Origin: a virus
Length of the DNA stretch: 64,000 bases
Strand: one strand, 5' to 3'
Virus record (IMG/VR): IMGVR_UViG_3300045988_184134
In this document: positions 54,137-61,558 of the stretch, in pieces
Layout: the number at the start of each line of letters is the position of its first letter
Numbering within the stretch: the stretch's first letter is position 1
Translations under genes and position numbers: made by a program
The notes under the pieces: model-generated
Database searches by the model: none
Told to the model about the DNA's origin: nothing
What the model saw: only the letters and a program-made list of their open reading frames with translations

Positions 54137-55318
54137 TTACTTTTTTGAGGCCTTTACACTAAAGCTGCGACTCGTTTCTCGCTGCGGAATCAGGCAGTCG
54201 TTAAAAGCCTTGGGATACAAAGCCTCCAGCTTTTTCATGTCAACGGAAGTGCGGCTCATGCGAGGCGTGTACTTGATAAGCCATGTAGTGCCATCAACGC
54301 CCGTGGCTTCGCCAGCAACATTCGCACCGAGCGCAGCAGCGAACGGGACAACCATATCCTTGCACTGCTCGTCCAGCAGCTCATACGCCTTTTTAGTGGC
54401 ATCACGTTTGGCCTTCAGGTCGCTGTACTCCTTGCACATCTGAGCAAACTCAGAGCCAAGCAGCATGGCAGGAGCCTTTTTGTTCGCATCCCCCGCGTAC
54501 TTGTGAATCGTGTCCAGCACAGCCTCCGCGTTGCCAATCGGCTCAGGCGGGTTCATAGGAAGAACATGATTCAGCCAGAAGTCATCAATTCCTTCAATGA
54601 TGCGCATTTCCTCGTCGAGGTCACGCTTAATGGTGTTAGCCACGATAGTATCGCGGTCAAACATGCAGACAACAACACATTCCCAGACACCCAGGATTGC
54701 CATATATGTGCGCACCTGATAAATGTAAGGAAGAGGGATGTTGCCGTTCTCCCATTCAGACTTCTTGAAAGAACTCGCCGTTTTGATTTCGACAAGGCAG
54801 TAGGAGCCGTCGGGTTTGCGCATCATACGGTCGATGTTGGCCGTAATATAAGGCTTGCCTGGCATGGCGTAAATGTTCGTATCCGTGATAATTTGGTTGT
54901 ACGGATAGCGCTCAGACAGCCACGCATCCACATACTCCTCGGAGATGTGGCCCCACAGCTTGTTTAATCTCGACTGGGATGTTTCCTGCTCAACGACCAG
55001 AGGCTTCTTGCCCGTCTTGGCATAGTACAGGTCAAGGTTCGTCTTATAGGCATTCGCGCCAAAGATGGCAGAAATGTCAGAGCCTCCAAGGTGAGTGGCA
55101 CGGCGGTCCTGCCACTGGGTATCCGTCAGCGTGCTGGCATCAACCTCAACTTCGGGGCCATTGTAACCATCCGGGTCACAGAACTTGATAGCTTCGGGCG
55201 AAGCCTGGCCCATTGCCTCATTGTAAAGGCTGCGGGTGTACTCCGTCCGAATTTCCCAGTACGGAAGGTGCTGAGCGCACCCCGCGCTGGATTTGTTAGT
55301 ACCGTCATAGCTTGCCAT
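54137..55318 (-). CDS. YqaJ/lambda-Exo-like 5'-3' exonuclease (PD-(D/E)xK)
   Basis: LGGSDISAIFG…, RKPDGSYCLVEIKT (D…E-x-K) and a C-terminal extension. Confidence 0.65.
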   Translation of the reverse strand: MASYDGTNKSSAGCAQHLPYWEIRTEYTRSLYNEAMGQASPEAIKFCDPDGYNGPEVEVDASTLTDTQWQDRRATHLGGSDISAIFGANAYKTNLDLYYAKTGKKPLVVEQETSQSRLNKLWGHISEEYVDAWLSERYPYNQIITDTNIYAMPGKPYITANIDRMMRKPDGSYCLVEIKTASSFKKSEWENGNIPLPYIYQVRTYMAILGVWECVVVCMFDRDTIVANTIKRDLDEEMRIIEGIDDFWLNHVLPMNPPEPIGNAEAVLDTIHKYAGDANKKAPAMLLGSEFAQMCKEYSDLKAKRDATKKAYELLDEQCKDMVVPFAAALGANVAGEATGVDGTTWLIKYTPRMSRTSVDMKKLEALYPKAFNDCLIPQRETSRSFSVKASKK

Positions 55319-55414
55319 AGAGCAAACTCCTTTCTTGTGATGAGATTCAGCGAGTTAAGCCGTAAATCAATACGGCTGCGATAAGAAGCATCAAGAAATT
55401 GCGAGGCTTTACCA

Positions 55415-56560
55415 TCACAGTTCCTCCTTGCCGGGCAGGTCCACATCGCTCCAGCGAACGCGGGCGCAACGTGCAACGCAATCGGCCGCAGCAAAGAGTT
55501 TCTTGGCATCCTTTGCATGATTCCGTACCACACTGCCGTACGCATCGCAAACGGACAGATAGATGTCTGCCGCCGTGACAGACGCATTGCCGAAGATAGA
55601 GTCGTAAGCTGCAAATGCTTCTGCTGCTTCAGCTTTCGGCATGCCGCCGCTCTTCAAAACGCGGACGAGAGCAGCTTTGCCGTTCTTCACCTCGATGGTT
55701 TGAAGCTTGCTGATGTCAGTGCTCGCATCATCGAAGTAGGCCAGCAGCGCGGTAAACGCATTGGTAACGCGCCCTTTGATGTCTTCGCCGATATGAGGGA
55801 TAGCAACATCCTTCGCCATAGGCACAACGATACCGCCGCCCATATCAAGGCACGGAATCAGGCGCACAGCGGACGCCGCGACATCCGAGCTAATCATTTG
55901 CACCGCAGGGCTGTATCCGCTGCAGAATTCAGCGGGCAACTTGCGGAAGAACTGGGCCTTGTACGCATCAAGACCGACTACGACGCTCATCATCTCATGG
56001 GACACATACCCGCTCACCATCTCGCGTTCGGGCCAGTTGGTCCGCATGTAGCTGTTCATAATCTCCAGCAGCTCGGCGTTGCTGATGTCGGCGTAGCGGG
56101 CAGAATGCACTGCGCGAATCTTTTCGTGGCTGAATTTGACACGAATCGAGCCCTGGCGTTCTGCCAGAATCAGGTTCAGGACTTCTTTGAGGCTGCCGCG
56201 ATTGTTCTTTCGCAGCAGTTCATAGCAGTTGAGACCAATCATGCCACGGTCGCAGATGCTCCGAATAGCGCTGTCCCCTACCGGCTTGGTTCCGATAGAA
56301 GTCGTGAGATTCAGCCCGGCATGTTCCTGTGTGTCGATGACCGCATCAGTGCTGACCTTCAGGTGCTTTGCATACTCGGGAGCGCAGAGCGGCTCATCAT
56401 AGCTTGCTTCGAAGCGAACATCACGGATGCCCTCATCGAGCCACTGGGTTTGGTTTGCATCCTCTTTGCAGAACTCAACAAGCTCATCAAGCTGGCCGAA
56501 ATCAAAGAACTTCTCGGCACCATCGAGGACGAAATTGGGGGTTTTAGCTGTGTTGGACAT
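55415..56560 (-). CDS. hypothetical protein (381 aa); candidate recombination partner of the exonuclease
   Basis: AAAAAGGAGAA-TGTAAT-ATG; directly upstream of the YqaJ-like gene; driven by module copy 4. Confidence 0.45.
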   Translation of the reverse strand: MSNTAKTPNFVLDGAEKFFDFGQLDELVEFCKEDANQTQWLDEGIRDVRFEASYDEPLCAPEYAKHLKVSTDAVIDTQEHAGLNLTTSIGTKPVGDSAIRSICDRGMIGLNCYELLRKNNRGSLKEVLNLILAERQGSIRVKFSHEKIRAVHSARYADISNAELLEIMNSYMRTNWPEREMVSGYVSHEMMSVVVGLDAYKAQFFRKLPAEFCSGYSPAVQMISSDVAASAVRLIPCLDMGGGIVVPMAKDVAIPHIGEDIKGRVTNAFTALLAYFDDASTDISKLQTIEVKNGKAALVRVLKSGGMPKAEAAEAFAAYDSIFGNASVTAADIYLSVCDAYGSVVRNHAKDAKKLFAAADCVARCARVRWSDVDLPGKEEL

Positions 56561-56584
56561 ATTACATTCTCCTTTTTTAGACGC

Positions 56585-56719
56585 AAAAAGGCGGACCCCC
56601 GAAAATTTCGGAAGGTCCGCCTAAAAGCGAAATTGTGAATACGAAGGGCGCTTTGCCTTTTCGATAACTGTTATCTATCGTACAACTACCATTGTATTCA
56701 CTTCGCACAGCTGTGCAAG
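56585..56719 (-). promoter_or_regulatory. module copy 4: promoter (TTGCAC-N17-TACAAT), conserved structured leader, intrinsic terminator, then RBS of 55415..56560
   Basis: On the minus strand: TTGCACAGCTGTGCGAAGTGAATACAAT; P1 CGATAGATAAC…ATCG; P2 AAGGC-AAAGC-GCCCTT; box CGTATTCACAATTTCGCTT; hairpin GGCGGACC…GGTCCGCC plus U5; AAAAAGGAGAA; ATG. Confidence 0.55.
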
Positions 56720-56722
56720 CAA

Positions 56723-57172
56723 TTATTCGGCAGCCGTTTCGGCGGTAGCCGCTTCACTGCTCTGCATAACGATTACTTGACAAGTATCCGATAAAGCCCC
56801 ATCCTTCGTTGAAAGAGTCAAAGTAGTAGTCCCGGCGGATACGCCACGCAAAACGCCAGCCTGTTCATCATAAACAGCAACCGATTCATTGGCCGTTGTC
56901 CATACAAGGTCGAGCTTATTGACTGCCGCTATCACCAGGTCGTTATCCTGCACTTTAGCAGTTGCCACATTAAAGCCGACCGCTTGGGCCTCGCCTACAT
57001 TCAGCTCAACTGTACCATTCAAGACAAGTTGGGTGATTTCCACCTTGTTTGCCTTAGATACCTGATAACTGAAAGCCAGAATGAGTGCCAAGATAGCAGC
57101 AATGACTGCAACGATAAAAGCGGGCTTTTTGAAAATCGGTTTTGATTTCTGCGTGGATTTGCTATTTTTCAC
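56723..57172 (-). CDS. membrane-anchored Big_2 (bacterial Ig-like) domain protein
   Basis: N-terminal TM helix; …AVYDEQAGVLRGVSAGTTTLTLSTKDGALSDTCQVIV Big_2 pattern. Confidence 0.5.
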   Translation of the reverse strand: MKNSKSTQKSKPIFKKPAFIVAVIAAILALILAFSYQVSKANKVEITQLVLNGTVELNVGEAQAVGFNVATAKVQDNDLVIAAVNKLDLVWTTANESVAVYDEQAGVLRGVSAGTTTLTLSTKDGALSDTCQVIVMQSSEAATAETAAE

Positions 57173-57175
57173 GAT

Positions 57176-57751
57176 TTATTGTCCTTTCTGCTGTGCTATA
57201 TCATTGTCTGTGGTTTCGGGAGTTCCAATCGGGATACTATAGTAGACCTTTGAAAGAATGTTATCTCTCGGCACAAAATGTTCATCCCAATAACGTGAAT
57301 CGTATGAGTTATTTCGATTGTCCCCCATCATAAAGTAGCATCCACTGGGTATCTGAAAGGGACCAAAATCCAAATCTTCTGGAGTTTCTCTCAAGTACGG
57401 CTCATCATAGATTTCACCATTGATATAGGTTTGCCCGTGCTTGATTTCAAGAGTGTCTCCCGGCATTCCAACAATACGCTTGGCATATATCTTTGAATTG
57501 CCATCTGCTCTTTTGAAAAGCACGATGTCTCCCCTTTCAGGTTCTTCAAACCAGTAAGTGGCTCTTGCGCTGAAGGAGAAACACGGAGAGGGCAATGTCG
57601 GATACATAGATGCGGTAGGGATAATAGCAGTCAGGAAAACGAACTTGAATAAGATAAATGCAACTGCGAAGCAGATAACGGGGAATCTCCATTCCCGCCA
57701 GAACTGTTTCACCCTTGCGGTGTGCGACTGCACATTGTTATTTTCGTCCAA
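57176..57751 (-). CDS. signal peptidase I (S26 family)
   Basis: Box B ASMYPTL (catalytic Ser), box D KRIVGMPGDT (catalytic Lys), box E GDNRNNSYDSRYW. Confidence 0.8.
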   Translation of the reverse strand: MDENNNVQSHTARVKQFWREWRFPVICFAVAFILFKFVFLTAIIPTASMYPTLPSPCFSFSARATYWFEEPERGDIVLFKRADGNSKIYAKRIVGMPGDTLEIKHGQTYINGEIYDEPYLRETPEDLDFGPFQIPSGCYFMMGDNRNNSYDSRYWDEHFVPRDNILSKVYYSIPIGTPETTDNDIAQQKGQ

Positions 57752-57758
57752 AATAAGT

Positions 57759-58133
57759 TCACCTCGGTAAATTAGAATTCACAAAAGCTATAAGCTGCTG
57801 TAGGTAATAGGAAACCTGGGTCAGGATTGCTTGATAGTCAACCTCGATGCCAAGATACTGCATAAGATGATACACCGCATATAGCGTGATGCCACCCAGT
57901 ACGATTGTCTCAAACACTCGACTGACACCGCGAGCAACAAACCAAACCACCATAACAATCAAAGCAATATCGACTACAACTCGAATATCACCAGACTGCA
58001 CAAGAGAATTGATGCTGTTCGCCACATCGTTCATGGCAGACATAAAAATCGCCTCCTTTGCGTTGATGCTACCATTTTTTATCCTACGCCGTTCGCACAT
58101 TTCCGCAATGAAACGGCATAACTCGTAAAACAT
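57759..58133 (-). CDS. membrane protein (124 aa)
   Basis: Central hydrophobic helices IVMVVWFVARGV… and GGITLYAVYHL. Confidence 0.4.
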   Translation of the reverse strand: MFYELCRFIAEMCERRRIKNGSINAKEAIFMSAMNDVANSINSLVQSGDIRVVVDIALIVMVVWFVARGVSRVFETIVLGGITLYAVYHLMQYLGIEVDYQAILTQVSYYLQQLIAFVNSNLPR

Positions 58134-58183
58134 TCATAATAAAAAAGGGCAGCACCACGAGGATGCTGCCGATATGTGTGGGA

Positions 58184-59152
58184 TTACTTAATAGCCTTGC
58201 AGTTTGCAACGTACAGGTACGCAGATTCGTCGCCGCGATACAAGGTTACCACGAAAATACCACGGTTGCCGTTAAGGATGTTCTCCTTTGCGGCCTCATA
58301 GTCCTTGTTGTCACGACGGACCCAGTTGCCATTTTTCCTCATATCCGTGATTTGCCGCTGGAGGGTCTCCAGGGCTTTCGCAGAGGTGATAGCAACTTCC
58401 ATAGCGCTGCCAATAGAGTCGTACACGACGTAGACCCTATCGGGGACGCTGCTGGCAGCCGGTGCAGCCGGAGCCTGAGGAGCAGGCAAAGCCGAGGTTG
58501 CAGCAGGCTTCGGAGCAGCGGGTGCATTGTCGGTCACACCCGGAATCTTGCGGCCGTGAATCTCAAGGTAGCCCGCCGGGTTTGCAATGTATGCAGCCCA
58601 GTGCATCTTGATGGCGCTTGCCATAGCGACCAGTTCCTGGCTGGTGCATCCAACCGTAATGAACGTAGCCTTTGCACCCTGTTTCTTCTGATAGCCACCA
58701 AGATTGTTCTTCTCGCCTTCAGCTTCCGTAACCGAGATTGCATAGTCCATCTTAGAGCCAGGGGCAAGAGCAATCTGACGCCACATGACGGGGCGGTCGC
58801 CTTTGGCATCACTGCCGCCATTGTACGTAAAAATAGCCTGCGGGTACTTTTCTCCTGCTGCTTTTGCATCATTCAGAGCCTTCTGACGGCGTTTGTGCAT
58901 CACACCACTCAGAATTGCCTCGCAGAAATACAAGGCACCGTCGCCTCCATTGATGCGCAGAGCGCCCTCAACGTGGGCAATCGGGGAGCAGCCATTTGCG
59001 CGGCCCGTGTGCGACACGAACGAAAGATGAACTTTGTCAATATTGGCCCAATCCATCTTGACCTTGAGGAAACTCTTCGGCCCCTGGATTTGGTAAATGA
59101 CGCTATCATCTTTTTCCTTTACCTTTGTGTTGCGTGCGTTGCTGTTTTCCAT
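58184..59152 (-). CDS. hypothetical protein with Pro/Ala-rich linker (322 aa)
   Basis: Two globular parts joined by …PAAPKPAATSALPAPQAPAAPAAS…. Confidence 0.45.
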   Translation of the reverse strand: MENSNARNTKVKEKDDSVIYQIQGPKSFLKVKMDWANIDKVHLSFVSHTGRANGCSPIAHVEGALRINGGDGALYFCEAILSGVMHKRRQKALNDAKAAGEKYPQAIFTYNGGSDAKGDRPVMWRQIALAPGSKMDYAISVTEAEGEKNNLGGYQKKQGAKATFITVGCTSQELVAMASAIKMHWAAYIANPAGYLEIHGRKIPGVTDNAPAAPKPAATSALPAPQAPAAPAASSVPDRVYVVYDSIGSAMEVAITSAKALETLQRQITDMRKNGNWVRRDNKDYEAAKENILNGNRGIFVVTLYRGDESAYLYVANCKAIK

Positions 59153-59168
59153 TTTCTTAGTTCCTTTC

Positions 59169-60386
59169 TTATGCAGTTACATTTAAATCACGAGGAATAA
59201 ACGGGATATACTTGAATTCCTGTTTTTCCGCGCATTTTACGATACTTTGATTGGCGGGAATGAATGGTCGTAAAGCCTTTCCCTGCGATACTGCAAGGAA
59301 GTAATCATCCACGCCTTTGTAAGCCGTGCCCCAGTTGAAGCGCGTCATAGTGATGCCATAACGAGCTGCAATCGCATAGAGCTTTTTCAGCGCATTGCGA
59401 ACATGCTCATTGCTTTCTCGGTCCGAATCGAAGGCATCAGCCACATGAGTAACGCCCAACGCTTTGAGGTGCTCACAAGTCGCTTCCCATTGGTTAAAGC
59501 AGTTGACTCCAGCAAGGGCAATGTACGGATTCGAGTTACCACTCAGCGTGCAGGCAATGTGAGCTTTCAAAGCTCCTTCCGTGATGTACACGGTCTTGTC
59601 CTTTGCGCATTTGGGCATAACTCCCGGAATACCATAGCTTGCGATGTTTTTGGCGCTACACCCGTTCTCATAACCTGGAGATGAGAACCAACGATAACGC
59701 TTGTCACCATCATCGAACCGAATCTGCATACCAACAATCTGATTATCGGCATTAAAGTACGGGATGAAGAATCCGGGCTTCGTACAAGCAGAGAAGGCTT
59801 TTCCGTTTTTCTCATAGAAGCCGGGAATTCCAATAAAGGAAATCTTCAGCTTCTTGAGTCTCACGAATACGCCAGCCCAGTGTTCAGGAACAGAACGATA
59901 CAGGCATCGGTCGATGACCTCGTCCGTCAAACCTCGCTTGCGCAGATTTTCTCGATGCTCAGGATTCAGAGTCAGCTCATTCAGAACCGCTCTATACACC
60001 TTATCGAGTTCTGCATCAGGACGTGCCTGTAAGCTGAGGTCAATGTCCGATTCCGGCCTCATCACAATTTTACATTTTGTGTGCGCTGGTTTGCCGCTGA
60101 GGTCCATCGAAATGGCATGCTTGGCGAACTGTCTGTCGTTAGGGTCAATTCCCGTAAACATGCAGTAAAGGTCAATCATGCCGCCACTGTATGGGCATCC
60201 GCTGCAACAATGGAAGCAGTTGTACTGTCCCTTTGCAACATTGACGCTGAAATAGACTGGTTGCTTATTGCGCCCGCATACGCCATGCGGGCACTGCACC
60301 TCTATTTCACCGGCACGCGTAACCTTTCCACGGGTCTTGGCCCCCACAAGGTCCAAAACCGTGTCCATAGAAAAGCTCCATGCCAC
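59169..60386 (-). CDS. DnaG-type DNA primase (CHC2 zinc finger + TOPRIM)
   Basis: CPHGVCGRN…YNCFHCCSGCPYSGG zinc finger; TOPRIM Glu (TVYITEGALKAHIA) and DxD (ADAFDSDRESNEH). Confidence 0.8.
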   Translation of the reverse strand: MAWSFSMDTVLDLVGAKTRGKVTRAGEIEVQCPHGVCGRNKQPVYFSVNVAKGQYNCFHCCSGCPYSGGMIDLYCMFTGIDPNDRQFAKHAISMDLSGKPAHTKCKIVMRPESDIDLSLQARPDAELDKVYRAVLNELTLNPEHRENLRKRGLTDEVIDRCLYRSVPEHWAGVFVRLKKLKISFIGIPGFYEKNGKAFSACTKPGFFIPYFNADNQIVGMQIRFDDGDKRYRWFSSPGYENGCSAKNIASYGIPGVMPKCAKDKTVYITEGALKAHIACTLSGNSNPYIALAGVNCFNQWEATCEHLKALGVTHVADAFDSDRESNEHVRNALKKLYAIAARYGITMTRFNWGTAYKGVDDYFLAVSQGKALRPFIPANQSIVKCAEKQEFKYIPFIPRDLNVTA

Positions 60387-60428
60387 TGAGGTATCCCCCT
60401 TTCATTGAAATTTTGTAGGAAAATGCGA

Positions 60429-61331
60429 TTAGAGGTTGTACTGTCCCGCAATCAGGCGAGCGGCAGCCTGAATCGGTTTACCGTTGTACTGAGGCCGCAG
60501 GAAGTAGGTGATGGCCCCACCGTTACCGGAGTCCATCATTTCCTTCATGGTCTGCCCAGCAAAACGACCAGCCATAACTTTGAACGCCAGAGCTTTTTCA
60601 AGCGTCATAGGCTCATTGTCGGGAGTCGGATTTGCAGCCGGGACAGGCGGAACAGGGAAAGTGTTCTGAACAGGCGCAGCGACAGGCTTTACAGGTTCAT
60701 CCACTTTTTCTTCAACCTGAGTCGGAGCCGCTTTCGGTGCAGCTTTTTTGACGGTCTTCTTTGCAGCAGGTACATCAGTCTTGGGGTCGGTCTCTTTTTC
60801 CTTCTCCTTGACCTTGTCCTGAAGCTGCTGCGGCACAGGTGGCACCGGGAAATTCGTCAAAACGCCGCCGTCAACGGGGGCATCCGGCAAATCGGCCGTT
60901 GTCTTGTACACGGTAGTGACATCTTCGATGTACTCAGCGTCCGCCGGGGTGCCAAATCCGCAGTTGCCGAGGGCTTTGCGAATCGCGGCCGTACCGGCGT
61001 TCTGGATGTAGTCCTTGCCGAACTGGTCATCGCTGTGATAGCGGGTGGCGAAAGCGTTCGCCAAAAGGTTGCCATTTTCGTCGATGACGCGGCCCTCGAC
61101 CGTTGCCATCTGGTCATTGGCCCGATAGACAATCTGTTCCAAGCGCCCGCCGGGGTGCTTCAGTCGGAACCACAGCATAGCAGGCTCTGCCTGGAGATAC
61201 ATGCGGTTGTTACCTTCCGCATCCTGAAAGCAGGACGTTACCAGGCGGGGGTCAAAACCATCTACTGCATTGACATTAGCCATTGCCGTGAGAGTCTTCT
61301 TCTGGGCATCTTTGATTGTTTCTTTGGTCAT
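60429..61331 (-). CDS. possible Rad52/Sak-like single-strand annealing protein with Pro/Lys-rich linker
   Basis: …GRVIDENGNLLANAFATRY…QNAGTAAIRKALGNCGFG resembles the Rad52 …[20 protein letters not shown] region; weak. Confidence 0.4.
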   Translation of the reverse strand: MTKETIKDAQKKTLTAMANVNAVDGFDPRLVTSCFQDAEGNNRMYLQAEPAMLWFRLKHPGGRLEQIVYRANDQMATVEGRVIDENGNLLANAFATRYHSDDQFGKDYIQNAGTAAIRKALGNCGFGTPADAEYIEDVTTVYKTTADLPDAPVDGGVLTNFPVPPVPQQLQDKVKEKEKETDPKTDVPAAKKTVKKAAPKAAPTQVEEKVDEPVKPVAAPVQNTFPVPPVPAANPTPDNEPMTLEKALAFKVMAGRFAGQTMKEMMDSGNGGAITYFLRPQYNGKPIQAAARLIAGQYNL

Positions 61332-61370
61332 TTCGATTTACTCCTTTTGTTTTTTTGTTGGTTACAAATA

Positions 61371-61505
61371 CAAAAAGAGCGAACCTCCCATAATAGGAAG
61401 TCTGCTCTTTAAGCGAAATTGTGAATACGCAGGGCTTTCGCCTTTTCGATTGTTATGGTATCTATCGTACAACTATCATTGTATCCACTTCGCACAAATG
61501 TGCAA
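61371..61505 (-). promoter_or_regulatory. module copy 5 (TTGCAC-N16-TACAAT promoter, leader, terminator) upstream of 60429..61331
   Basis: P1; P2 with a GAAA loop (AAGGC-GAAA-GCCCTG); conserved box; terminator AGAGCAGAC…GTTCGCTCT plus U5. Confidence 0.55.
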
Positions 61506-61558
61506 GCAACCTATGACACAAAAAATGCCGCCTACCCGAAGGCAGACGGCAAATGGTA

